Sequence record: SRR20825006_567
Strand: one strand, 5' to 3'
Length of the DNA stretch: 36,535 nucleotides
The notes under the pieces are model-generated. The model had not been told where the DNA came from and searched no databases. It was given only the letters and a program-made list of their open reading frames with translations. Made by a program: the position numbers and the translations under genes. Below, piece after piece: positions 1-8,910 of the stretch (positions are counted from its first letter, which is position 1; every line of letters starts with the position of its first letter).

Positions 1-1
1 G

Positions 2-28
2 TTCGTCCCCTGGAAGGGAACTCCTACA
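2..28 (-). repeat. GTAG-family REP element (single copy visible; partner probably outside the window)
   Basis: Reverse complement reads TGTAGGAG-TTCCC-TTCCA-GGGGA-CGAA: GTAG head, internal hairpin and CGAA tail, the same layout as the REP pair at 21770-21850. Confidence 0.7.
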
Positions 29-130
29 GGATCTCTTTGTGTGTTCGTGCGCAGCTGCCTCTGTCGTTGATCGTGGCATTCTCTCCCTGTGTTATCATCC
101 CTCCCTTTCCGGCCAGCTGATGTATGCACC

Positions 131-1327
131 ATGACCGAACCGACTGTTATTCGCCTGCGCAAAAATGAAGAGCGCCGCCTGAAGGCGGGCCATCTGTGGG
201 TCTACGCCAACGAAATTGATACCCGACAAACCCCACTCAAGGATTTGTCTGCCGGTACCTGTGTTGTGGAAGACAGCCGTGGCAAGCCTCTGGGCCGTGC
301 GCTGCTTAGCCCCCATTCGCTGATTGCGGCTCGCCTTTACAGCCGTGATGTGAAGCAGGCGTTGTCGCGCAGTTTTTTCAAGAAGCGGATTGAGCAGGCG
401 CTGACCTTGCGCGAGCAATTGTTTGATGACGCCTGTTACCGCCTGATCTACGGCGAAGCCGATGGCCTGCCGGGCCTGGTAGTGGATCGTTTCCATGACG
501 TGTTGGTGGTGCAGACCGGCTCCGGTGCCATGGAAGCGCACCTTGAGGTGATTGTCAGTGCCTTGGATGCGGTGCTGGCGCCGACTCACATCATTGCCAA
601 AAACGAAGCGGCCGCCCGTGAGATTGAAGGGCTGGATCGTTACACCAAGGCATTGAAAGGCGAGATGCTGGACGAAATCAGCCTCACGGAAAACGGTGCC
701 AAGTTTGTAGCACCGCTAGCGGAAGGGCAAAAGACCGGGTGGTTCTACGATCACCGTGTTGCCCGCCAGAAAATGCAGGCCCTGGCCAAGGGCGCTCGCG
801 TGCTGGATGTGTTCAGTTACTGTGGTGGTTGGGGCGTGCAGGCCGCACTGGCCGGAGCGGAATCGGTAACCTGTGTGGATGGTTCCGAAGTCGCCACGGA
901 TTATGTGCATCGCAACGCAGAGCTGAATGGTGTCGCTGACACGGTGGGCAGCATTCAGGGCGATGCGTTTGCGGCCATGAAGCAGTTGATCGCGGATGGG
1001 GAAAAGTACGATCTGGTGGTGCTGGACCCGCCGGCGTTCATCAAGCGCAAAAAAGATTTCAAGAATGGCCTGGCCGGTTATCACGCCATTAACGAGCTGG
1101 CCATGCGTTTGGTAAAACCGGGTGGCTATCTGGTGTCCGCGTCTTGTTCCATGCATATGCCCGCAGAGCGTTTGCTTGATGTGGTGCACAGCAGTGCCCG
1201 ACACATTGATCGCAGTATTCAGGTGGTGGGCTATGAAGGGCAGGGGCCGGATCATCCGGTGCACCCGGCCATTGCGGAAACCGCGTACCTGAAGACCTGG
1301 TTCTGCCGGGTGCTGTTCAGCCTGTAG
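131..1327 (+). CDS. rlmI: Class I SAM-dependent rRNA methyltransferase, RlmI (23S m5C1962) family
   Basis: N-terminal PUA-like GHLWVYANEI; GEADGLPGLVVDRF; GQKTGWFYDHR; VLDVFSYCGGWG SAM motif; DLVVLDPPAF; SCS; DHPVHPAIAETAYLK. Start set at ATG 131. Confidence 0.88.
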   Translation: MTEPTVIRLRKNEERRLKAGHLWVYANEIDTRQTPLKDLSAGTCVVEDSRGKPLGRALLSPHSLIAARLYSRDVKQALSRSFFKKRIEQALTLREQLFDDACYRLIYGEADGLPGLVVDRFHDVLVVQTGSGAMEAHLEVIVSALDAVLAPTHIIAKNEAAAREIEGLDRYTKALKGEMLDEISLTENGAKFVAPLAEGQKTGWFYDHRVARQKMQALAKGARVLDVFSYCGGWGVQAALAGAESVTCVDGSEVATDYVHRNAELNGVADTVGSIQGDAFAAMKQLIADGEKYDLVVLDPPAFIKRKKDFKNGLAGYHAINELAMRLVKPGGYLVSASCSMHMPAERLLDVVHSSARHIDRSIQVVGYEGQGPDHPVHPAIAETAYLKTWFCRVLFSL

Positions 1328-1338
1328 AGTGGTTACGA

Positions 1339-1662
1339 ATGGATTTCGTCTTTGCCTTTACCGCCCTGTTCCTGAAAGCCATGGTGTTGGGCGCCCCTTT
1401 TTTTGCCGGCTTCCTGGTGGTGATTGTCGGGCTCGGACAATGGGTGGGGTATCGCGAAGGCTGGAGCCGGTTTGATGCGTTCTACTGGTCGATGATCACA
1501 GCGCTGACGGTGGGGTATGGTGATCTGCGCCCGTCGCGTAAAAGCACCAAGTTCATGGCGATACTGGTAGCCATTGTGGGGATAATGTTCAGCGGGGTCT
1601 TTGTGGCGGTAACCGTGGCGGCGGCCACCGAAGCCTTCAGGACCTATATGATCGGTGCCTGA
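1339..1662 (+). CDS. Small two-TM potassium channel family protein (KcsA-like pore, no RCK domain)
   Basis: TM helix, DAFYWSMITALTVGYGDLRP selectivity filter, second TM helix; 107 aa. Confidence 0.88.
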   Translation: MDFVFAFTALFLKAMVLGAPFFAGFLVVIVGLGQWVGYREGWSRFDAFYWSMITALTVGYGDLRPSRKSTKFMAILVAIVGIMFSGVFVAVTVAAATEAFRTYMIGA

Positions 1663-1678
1663 AGGCGGTGCTTCTTCT

Positions 1679-2062
1679 CTAGCCCAGTTTTTCCAGCATG
1701 GCCGCCATGTTGGTGCGTACCACTTCAATGGCTTTGTAGGGGCGGATCATTACTTTGAAGTCGACGATTTTTCCGTCGTCATTCCAGGTGATCATATCCA
1801 CGCCATTCACTGCGATGCCATCCAGTTCCAGGGCAAACTCCAGCACGGAATGCTGCCCGTCATTGATTTCCCGCACATAGTGAAAGCTGTCGTTGGCCAG
1901 CACGTGCATGGCTGCGGTCAGGTAGGCCGTGGTGATGGGCTTGCCAACCTGTGGCGTGTGCACCAGCGGTGAATGGAATACCGCCTGGTCCGCAATCAGC
2001 TCGCTGAGCGCCTGTGGGTCCTGGCTTTTGACGACGGCGTGCCAGGCTTCAATATTCGCCAT
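1679..2062 (-). CDS. NTF2/SnoaL-like family protein
   Basis: LIADQAVFHSP...VNGVDMITWNDDGKIVDFKVMIRP pattern; AGGAGA RBS upstream. Confidence 0.8.
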   Translation of the reverse strand: MANIEAWHAVVKSQDPQALSELIADQAVFHSPLVHTPQVGKPITTAYLTAAMHVLANDSFHYVREINDGQHSVLEFALELDGIAVNGVDMITWNDDGKIVDFKVMIRPYKAIEVVRTNMAAMLEKLG

Positions 2063-2091
2063 GGTGTCTCTCCTTGTTTATCCGCGTTGGC

Positions 2092-3057
2092 TCAGGCCGC
2101 ATTCAGTGCGCGGCGGGCCTGCTGGTATTCTTCGCTGAGTTTGGCAATGGCATCGCTGGCGCTTTGCACTGCATCTACCGCGCCGATGCCCTGGCCGCAG
2201 CCCCAGATATCTTTCCAGGCTTTCTTGTCGGAATTGCCGCCGGAACCGAAGTTCATGGCCGAGGGATCGCTTTCCGGCAGGTTGGCCGGGTCCATGCCGG
2301 CGTTAACGATGGAGGGCGCCAGGTAGTTGCCGTGCACACCGGTGAACAGGTTGCTGTAGACGATATCGGAGGCGTTACTGTCCACGATCATCTGTTTGTA
2401 GGCAGCGTCAGCGTTGGCTTCCTGAGTGGCGATGAACAAGGAGCCGATGTAGGCCAGGTCTGCGCCCATGGCTTCAGCAGCGAGTACAGAGGGGCCGCTG
2501 GCGATGGAGCCGGACAGGGCCAGCGGGCCGTCGAACCAGCTGCGAATTTCCTGCATCAGCGCGAACGGGGACAGCTGCCCGGCGTGACCACCGGCGCCCG
2601 CGGCGACAGCGATCAGGCCGTCGGCGCCTTTCTCAATGGCTTTGTGGGCAAAGTGATTGTTGATCACATCGTGCATCACCATGCCACCCCAACCGTGGAC
2701 GGCCTGGTTCACATCTTCACGGGCGCCCAGGGAGGTAATCACCATGGGCACCTTGTACTTCTCACACAGCTCCAGGTCTTTTTCCAGGCGATCGTTGGAG
2801 CGGTGAACAATCTGGTTTACTGCGAACGGTGCAGCGGGCTGGTCCGGGTGGTCCCGATCCCAGGCGGCCAGTTCTTCGGTAATGCGGTGCAGCCATTCGT
2901 CCAGCTGTGACAGCGGGCGGGCGTTCAGTGACGGGAACGAGCCGATGGCGCCGGCCTTGCACTGGGCGATCACCAGGTCCGGGTTGGAAATGATGAATAG
3001 CGGTGAGCACATCACCGGCAGGCGCAGGCGAGAGCGAATTTCAACGGGCAAAGACAT
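2092..3057 (-). CDS. Nitronate monooxygenase / FabK-like flavin-dependent oxidoreductase
   Basis: LRLPVMCSPLFIIS, GAGGHAG, GADLAYIGSLFIATQEA, KAWKDIWGCGQG; start at ATG 3057 with GAGGA RBS. Confidence 0.88.
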   Translation of the reverse strand: MSLPVEIRSRLRLPVMCSPLFIISNPDLVIAQCKAGAIGSFPSLNARPLSQLDEWLHRITEELAAWDRDHPDQPAAPFAVNQIVHRSNDRLEKDLELCEKYKVPMVITSLGAREDVNQAVHGWGGMVMHDVINNHFAHKAIEKGADGLIAVAAGAGGHAGQLSPFALMQEIRSWFDGPLALSGSIASGPSVLAAEAMGADLAYIGSLFIATQEANADAAYKQMIVDSNASDIVYSNLFTGVHGNYLAPSIVNAGMDPANLPESDPSAMNFGSGGNSDKKAWKDIWGCGQGIGAVDAVQSASDAIAKLSEEYQQARRALNAA

Positions 3058-3131
3058 GACGGTGTCCTCAATCTGAGCCCCGAATGTCATGCGGGGCGGG
3101 GTCCGGGCCACCGGGAAACGGGCCCGGTGGG

Positions 3132-3176
3132 ATAAATATACGAAGTAAAATTTACACCGTATATTTATAGAGTCAA
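3132..3176 (-). promoter_or_regulatory. Sigma70-like promoter overlapped by a palindromic (probable TetR) double operator
   Basis: ATAAATATACG-AA-GTAAA-A-TTTAC-AC-CGTATATTTAT inverted repeat (3132-3168); minus strand has TTGACT-N16-TAAATT. Confidence 0.7.
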
Positions 3177-3207
3177 GCCCGGCCGATACCGAGACTGAGC
3201 GAAACGG

Positions 3208-3825
3208 TCAGGAATCCAGGGTAGGGGGCGTGACCTGCATGCCGGCATAGAGGGTGCGCATGATCTTTTCACGCAAGGTATCGCCGTTCATGCCGCGCAG
3301 GCCGCTGGCCAGTTCCAGCACCACGATGCCGTGGAGCGTTGCCCAGAACATATACCCGATCAGTTGGGCGTCGCCCTTGAGCAAGCCCGCCTCAATCATA
3401 TCGCGCACATAGCCCACCATGGTTTCCTGGGCGCGGCCATTGGCGGCCTGCAGCTCCGGGTAGCGGTCTTCGTCGGGCTGGGTAAAGGAAAAAATCAGCT
3501 GGTAGGCCGCTGGGTAGGCCTTGGCAAAGTCCACGTAGGCATCGCCTACGGCGCGGCCCTTGCTGCGGGCGTCCGGGGCATTGGCGACGGCGGTCTCAAG
3601 GGCGGTGGAGAAGCGATTGAAAGCGGCGGCGCGGACCGTGGCCAGAATTTCATCCTTGTCGCGGAAATAGCGATAGGGGGTCATGGGGCTGACGCCCACT
3701 TCGCTGGCGATTTGCCGCATGGTCACATTCTGCGGCCCGCGTTCAATGAAAAGCCGGGTGGCCACATCGCACACGGATTCACGAAAAGTCGCGATTTCGG
3801 CCTCGGTTTTTGCTTTTTTGGCCAA
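3208..3825 (-). CDS. TetR/AcrR family transcriptional regulator (WHG-type C-terminal domain)
   Basis: HTH VTMRQIASEVGVSPMTPYRYFRDKDEIL; C-terminal FWATLHG; likely TTG start at 3825 with GGAG RBS. Confidence 0.88.
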   Translation of the reverse strand: MAKKAKTEAEIATFRESVCDVATRLFIERGPQNVTMRQIASEVGVSPMTPYRYFRDKDEILATVRAAAFNRFSTALETAVANAPDARSKGRAVGDAYVDFAKAYPAAYQLIFSFTQPDEDRYPELQAANGRAQETMVGYVRDMIEAGLLKGDAQLIGYMFWATLHGIVVLELASGLRGMNGDTLREKIMRTLYAGMQVTPPTLDS

Positions 3826-3851
3826 CGCAGGGCTCCACGGCAAGAGTAACG

Positions 3852-3864
3852 CGTACAGTGTAAA
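3852..3864. promoter_or_regulatory. Probable autoregulatory TetR operator copy
   Basis: Reverse complement TTTACACTGTACG resembles TTTACACCGTATA (3151-3163); lies just upstream of the tetR start. Confidence 0.5.
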
Positions 3865-3966
3865 GCATGTGGTGGTGATGTGCCTGACGCGCGATAAACA
3901 AACCGGCATAGATATTGAAAGGCATACAGAGTCGGCATTAACGCTGGCGAACAGAGAGGTAATCGC

Positions 3967-4410
3967 GTGCCTTTACCCCCGGACTTTATGCATGCCCGCG
4001 TGGATGCAGTGAGAAACAAGCTTAATGTGCAGGTCTGCAGCCTGTACCAGGCTGATGGTCAGCAGCAGACGCTGGAAATTGTTGCCACCAGTGGCCTCAA
4101 TCAGCGTGTTCTGGGCGCCACCCTGGCATACAGCCAAGGGCTGACCGGCAAGGTGGCCCGAACGCGCCGTGCAGTGGCGGCCCGGGACATTCAGGCGCAC
4201 ATGGATTACTTCTATGTGCCGGGCTCTGACGAGGAACATTTTCGCAGTTATCTGGGCATTCCCCTGGAGTACGACAGCGTGCTCTATGGGGTGCTGGTGG
4301 TGCAGACCCGAGTGAAGAAAACGTTTTTCCTGAAGGACATTAAGGAACTGCACAGCGGCGGTCGGGATTTACTGGATGCGCTGAAACTGGGTGCCCGGCA
4401 GGCGGGGTAG
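3967..4410 (+). CDS. Stand-alone GAF domain protein resembling the N-terminal GAF of PtsP (EI-Ntr)
   Basis: VCSLY...ATSGLN...GLTGKVA...EEHFRSYLGIPL...GVLVVQ; GAGG RBS before GTG. Confidence 0.8.
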   Translation: MPLPPDFMHARVDAVRNKLNVQVCSLYQADGQQQTLEIVATSGLNQRVLGATLAYSQGLTGKVARTRRAVAARDIQAHMDYFYVPGSDEEHFRSYLGIPLEYDSVLYGVLVVQTRVKKTFFLKDIKELHSGGRDLLDALKLGARQAG

Positions 4411-4457
4411 ACGCGGTTGTGAGCGCCGGGCTACCTGCGGTGGCTCCAGGCCTTGCC

Positions 4458-4823
4458 CTACTCACTGGCCAGCCAGCTTAGCGCGTCTTTCTGTTCGGCC
4501 CATTCGAAGACTTTGACCTCGCCGGGGATCAGCGCACTGGCCTGCTGGACGGTGTTGCGGATCCAGTCATGGCTGGTGACGACCGCAATCCGGTGCCAGC
4601 TTAGCGGGTGTCTCAAGCCAACCAGGGCATCTTGCAGCATGGCCCCGGCGGAGAAATTTTCGAAAGTGGGGCCGATTTCATACAACACATTGATCTTGTC
4701 GTGCTGGCTCAAAGCCCCTTCGATGGCAGGAGCCAGCACTTTGCGGTAGTCCTCGGCGGTGAGTTCGCCGTGGGCGCTGACGCCAACGGTATCGCCGGGC
4801 AGATTGTCGATCAGTTCCAACAT
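4458..4823 (-). CDS. STAS/SEC14 (SpoIIAA-like) domain protein
   Basis: MLELIDNLPGDTVGVSAHGELTAEDY...WHRIAVVTSHDWI...VKVF...ALSWL; AAGGAGG RBS before ATG 4823. Confidence 0.85.
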   Translation of the reverse strand: MLELIDNLPGDTVGVSAHGELTAEDYRKVLAPAIEGALSQHDKINVLYEIGPTFENFSAGAMLQDALVGLRHPLSWHRIAVVTSHDWIRNTVQQASALIPGEVKVFEWAEQKDALSWLASE

Positions 4824-4897
4824 AAATGCCTCCTTGGCATGGGAACGCCTTCGTGGTCTGGTTATCATGCCATGGTTACTGGCCAGGAATATTTCAA

Positions 4898-5575
4898 GTG
4901 CCCGCTGTACTGATCGTAGAAGATGAGCCGCGCATTGCCGAACCGTTGATGTTTGCGCTGGAGCGTGAGCATTTTGCGGTGACTCACGTGACCTTGGGCC
5001 AGCAGGCACTGGACGCGGTCGCGGCGAGTGCGGTGGATCTGGTGGTTCTGGATGTGGGGCTGCCGGACATGAATGGCTTTGATGTGCTCAAACAGTTGCG
5101 TCAGCGCAGTGAGCTGCCGGTGCTGTTTCTCACCGCTCGCCAGGATGAAGTGGACCGGATTCTGGGGCTGGAACTGGGGGGCGATGATTACGTCACCAAG
5201 CCGTTCAGCCCCCGTGAAGTGGTGGCTCGCATTCGGGCGATTCTAAAACGCCTGGCGCCGAAATCGGATGCCGACATCGACACCGATAAAACAACGCCGT
5301 GGCAGGTGGATGACAGTGGCTTTCGGGTCTTCTTCCGGCACACCGAATTATCCCTGACGCGTTCGGAATACCGCATTCTGGCGACCATGGTGCAGCGACC
5401 CGGGCAGGTATTCAGTCGTGCCCAGTTGCTGGATATCTGCGACAGCGACGAAGACAGTTTCGAGCGGAGCGTGGATACCCACATCAAGACCTTGCGCGCC
5501 AAATTGCGCCCGCTGAATGGCGACCACCTTATCGTGACCCGGCGCGGTATCGGTTATCTGCTGGATACACCATGA
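4898..5575 (+). CDS. creB: OmpR-family response regulator CreB
   Basis: Receiver (LIVEDE, LDVGLPD, DDYVTKPFSPRE) plus winged helix (RSVDTHIKTLRAKL, TRRGIGY); directly upstream of creC and creD; GTG start at 4898. Confidence 0.88.
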   Translation: MPAVLIVEDEPRIAEPLMFALEREHFAVTHVTLGQQALDAVAASAVDLVVLDVGLPDMNGFDVLKQLRQRSELPVLFLTARQDEVDRILGLELGGDDYVTKPFSPREVVARIRAILKRLAPKSDADIDTDKTTPWQVDDSGFRVFFRHTELSLTRSEYRILATMVQRPGQVFSRAQLLDICDSDEDSFERSVDTHIKTLRAKLRPLNGDHLIVTRRGIGYLLDTP

Positions 5576-6978
5576 AGCTCGGTCAGCGCCTGCTGGTATT
5601 CTATTTCCTGATCCTGGGTCTGGTGGGCTGGTTCGTGCTTGATCTGGTGTTTGGGCAGGCCAAGCCGCTGGTGCGCCAGTCTGCAGAAGAAACCCTGGTG
5701 GATGCGGCCAACCTGTTGGCCGAGATTGTTGCCAGCGATGCCCGCGATGGGCAGATCGTGATTACTCCTGCTTTGCGCGATGCCTTGAATCGTTATGCCG
5801 GGCGCACGCCGGATGCGGATATCTGGGGGTTAAAGAAAACGCGCATCCACACTCATGTGTATATCACCGGCCCCAGCGGCACGGTGCTGTTTGACTCCCG
5901 TGGCCAGGATGAAGGAAAGGATTTTTCCCGCTGGAACGATGTGCACCTGACCCTGCAGGGGCGCTATGGCGCCCGCACTACACGCAGTGATCCACAGGAT
6001 CCATCTACCTCGATAATGTACGTGGCCGCGCCGATTCGTGATCAGGGCAGCCTGATTGGTGTCATCAGTCTGGGTAAGCCCGGGCGTGCCATTGAGCCTT
6101 TTGTACAGCGTGCGGAACGTTATCTGATGCTCTACGGCGGCCTGGCGCTACTGGTCTGTTTATTGTCGGGTGTGCTGCTGGCCTGGTGGCTCAGTCGCCG
6201 GGTCAATCGGTTGCGACGCTATGCCGAAGCGGTGGCCAACGATGAACGTCCGTCACCGCCGCGCTTTCGTGGCCACGATGAAATTCGTGACCTTGCAGAT
6301 GCCGTCACCGCCATGCGTCGTCGCCTGGAGGCGCGGGCGCAGCTGGAAGATAACGTGACCCTGCTGACCCATGAAATGAAAAGCCCGTTGGCGGCGATTC
6401 GTGGTGCCGGGGAAATTCTCGCGGATGAAGTGAAGGAGCCCGCGTTGCAGCGGTTTACCGACAATGTGATTCATGAAAGCCAGCGCCTCAGTGACCTGTT
6501 GGATAGATTGCTGGCCATGGCACGGTTGGAAAAACTGGAAAGCCTGCCGGCTCGCAAAACTTCCGTTTCGGTTTCTGCGTTGGTGCAGGAGTGGCGGCGT
6601 AGCCGCTATGCGTTGCTGGCCGAAAAGCAACTGGAAATCAGCGTGAATGAGGGCTCCCTGCAGGTGGAAGCGGAAACTTTCAAGTTGGCCCTGTTCAACC
6701 TGCTCGATAACGCCCAGCGTTTTGCCAATGAAAACACCACTATCACGGTGCATGTGGAGGCGGCTTGCCTGACAGTCACCAACACCGGCCCCATGATTCC
6801 TGACTATGCGCTTGGACGCGTCACTGAGCGTTTCTATTCCTTGCCGGCGCCGGGCCAGGAAAAGAGTTCAGGCCTGGGGCTGGCCATGGTCAACGAAATT
6901 GCCAGCCTGCACGGTGGCAGCCTCAAGCTGGAAAACACCCATCAGGGCGTTCAAGCCAGGCTAACTCTCCCCGCATAA
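5572..6978 (+). CDS. creC: Sensor histidine kinase CreC
   Basis: CreC-type periplasmic motifs (RQSAEETLVDAANLLA, DFSRWNDVHLTLQGRYGARTTR, MYVAAPI); H-box LTHEMKSPLAAIRGA; ERFYSLP; SGLGL; ATGA overlap with creB. Confidence 0.93.
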   Translation: MKLGQRLLVFYFLILGLVGWFVLDLVFGQAKPLVRQSAEETLVDAANLLAEIVASDARDGQIVITPALRDALNRYAGRTPDADIWGLKKTRIHTHVYITGPSGTVLFDSRGQDEGKDFSRWNDVHLTLQGRYGARTTRSDPQDPSTSIMYVAAPIRDQGSLIGVISLGKPGRAIEPFVQRAERYLMLYGGLALLVCLLSGVLLAWWLSRRVNRLRRYAEAVANDERPSPPRFRGHDEIRDLADAVTAMRRRLEARAQLEDNVTLLTHEMKSPLAAIRGAGEILADEVKEPALQRFTDNVIHESQRLSDLLDRLLAMARLEKLESLPARKTSVSVSALVQEWRRSRYALLAEKQLEISVNEGSLQVEAETFKLALFNLLDNAQRFANENTTITVHVEAACLTVTNTGPMIPDYALGRVTERFYSLPAPGQEKSSGLGLAMVNEIASLHGGSLKLENTHQGVQARLTLPA

Positions 6979-7059
6979 CCCCTACCGTAGGCGCGTCGCT
7001 GGTAGCGCGAGAAGCGAGAAGAAAAACCTGGCCCGGTTTTCGAAACTCGCAACGACGTT

Positions 7060-7078
7060 TCCCCACACAATCCCCACA
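7060..7078 (+). promoter_or_regulatory. cre-tag-like CreB binding direct repeat upstream of creD
   Basis: TCCCCACA repeated with an 11-bp period (CCCAC-N6-CCCAC), compared with the E. coli cre tag TTCAC-N6-TTCAC. Confidence 0.6.
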
Positions 7079-7143
7079 AAAAACCCAAGCAGGTTTCGCA
7101 CACTGGCTTTTCCATAGGAGGCGTCATTTGTGGGAGAGAAACC

Positions 7144-8520
7144 ATGCGACCCAATCTGTTATTGAAAATGTTCACCATTGCCGGGCTGATGCTGGTGCTG
7201 GTGGTGCCGCTGTTGATGATTCAGGGAAAGATCACCGACCGTAGCAATGAAGCCCTGCAGGTCAAACACCAGATTACCCGGCAAGTGAGTGGTGAGCAGC
7301 AGATCAGTGGGCCGCTGATTGTTGTGCCCAGAACCCGTAAACAATTGGTGGAAAAACGCGACTGCCGCAGTGGTGAAACCTGTACGGCCATCGAGCACAG
7401 GCAGGTACTGGATAGCCAGATTCCGGACACCCTGAACATTGATGGCGAGCTGCAAAGTGAAATGCGCTATCGCGGTATTTACGGCGTGCCGGTATACCGA
7501 AGCCTGTTGCACATCGAAGCCGTGTTTCCTGCCAACTGGCAGCAAGTGAGTCAGCCGCAACAGGTGGTGTCGTCACAGGCGCCGTTGTTGCTATTGCAGA
7601 TTCAGGACTTGCGTGGGCTGGTGGAGCGGCCACAAATCCTGGTCAATGATGTGCCGTTGCCCTTGGTGGAAACCGAGCAGTTGCCGGATGGCGTGGGCGG
7701 CAATGCGGTGGCTGTGGCACTGCCAGATGATTTGACCGGGGCTTTTACCGTCAAGGTGCGTTTGAACCTGAACGGTACGGAATCACTCGGTACGCTACCG
7801 CTGGCCAAGGAAACCCGCATGTCACTTCGGGCCGATTGGCCGCACCCCAGCTTTGAAGGGCTGGTGCTGCCGGTGGAGCGGGAGATTACCCCGGAAGGGT
7901 TCACCAGCCAGTGGCGTACCAACAGCCTGGCGGCGGCCAGTGTGATCCACTGCGCCCGGGGTGATGCGGCTTGCGGTGACAGTGGCCAGGCTCTGCGGGT
8001 GCGGTTGGTGCAGCCGGTGACCGGGCTGCTCTCCAGTGAGCGGGCACTGAAGTACAGCTACCTGATTGTCGGGCTGGCTTTCGCGGCTTTCTTTCTGTTT
8101 GAGGTGTTGCGCCGTTATCCATTACACGCCATGCAATATCTGTTGGTCGGTCTGGCGCTGGCCATGTTCTATCTGCTGCTGGTGGCACTGAGTGAACATA
8201 TAGATTTTGTGTTGGCGTATCTGGTGGCCGCGTTATCGTGCTGTGCGCTAATCGGCGTCTATCTGATGGCGGCCATGCGCTCCCTCACCGCTGGCTGGAC
8301 TTTCGCCTTGAGCCTGCTGCTGGTGCAAGGGTTGATCTACGGGATTCTTATGGCCGAAGACTATGCCTTGTTGCTGGGAGCCTTGTTGTTGTTTGCCGCC
8401 TTGGCGGCGGTGATGGTGGTGACGCGCCGGTTGGACTGGTATGCCTTTGCCGTGCCTGGCAAGGCCGCCGCCAAAGTGCAGGCGAGTGCGGCCAGTGCCG
8501 AGAACGGTAACGCACCGTGA
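7144..8520 (+). CDS. creD: Inner membrane cell envelope integrity protein CreD
   Basis: N-terminal TM; RYRGIYGVPVY; ADWPHPSFEG; ERALKY; HAMQYLLVGLALAMFYLLLVALSEH; EDYALLLG; TRRLDWY. Confidence 0.95.
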   Translation: MRPNLLLKMFTIAGLMLVLVVPLLMIQGKITDRSNEALQVKHQITRQVSGEQQISGPLIVVPRTRKQLVEKRDCRSGETCTAIEHRQVLDSQIPDTLNIDGELQSEMRYRGIYGVPVYRSLLHIEAVFPANWQQVSQPQQVVSSQAPLLLLQIQDLRGLVERPQILVNDVPLPLVETEQLPDGVGGNAVAVALPDDLTGAFTVKVRLNLNGTESLGTLPLAKETRMSLRADWPHPSFEGLVLPVEREITPEGFTSQWRTNSLAAASVIHCARGDAACGDSGQALRVRLVQPVTGLLSSERALKYSYLIVGLAFAAFFLFEVLRRYPLHAMQYLLVGLALAMFYLLLVALSEHIDFVLAYLVAALSCCALIGVYLMAAMRSLTAGWTFALSLLLVQGLIYGILMAEDYALLLGALLLFAALAAVMVVTRRLDWYAFAVPGKAAAKVQASAASAENGNAP

Positions 8521-8759
8521 GTGGCGATGAGCTGGGGCATATTGCAACGCTTGTACGGGCCGCCAGGCGGTTCCCCCGCCATCGCCAGTGCTTGCTTGGG
8601 CGAGCGTTACGCATCGCCCAGCAAGCTCTGTCCTGCAATGCAGAGAATCGTCTGGCGATGCGGTGGCTTGGGGTGATCTGGTGGCAATTGGGTGAGCGGC
8701 GTCGGGGCAGGGCTCTGCTTTATGCCGCAGAAGTGAAAGCGTTGCGTGGCGTGTCTTGA
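8517..8759 (+). CDS. Small Arg-rich hypothetical protein with one TPR-like repeat
   Basis: GTGA overlap with the creD stop; AQQALSCNAENRLAMRWLGVIWWQLGERRRGRALL resembles a TPR unit. Confidence 0.55.
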   Translation: MSGDELGHIATLVRAARRFPRHRQCLLGRALRIAQQALSCNAENRLAMRWLGVIWWQLGERRRGRALLYAAEVKALRGVS

Positions 8760-8910
8760 ATCAGTGTTGGCGGGGGAAGGGTCTGGTGCGGTAAATGTAT
8801 TGTATATTGCGGTTTTTTTACAATTGGGCTATCAATGGTCTGGAGGCAGGGATGCCAGTGGTCGGGCTTAAGGCATCGTTGGCTCGTCTTTATATAACAG
8901 GGAGAAAGTT

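Noticed and set aside
2074-2910. 278-aa plus-strand ORF
   Set aside because: Antisense shadow of the nitronate monooxygenase gene; no motifs; common in GC-rich DNA
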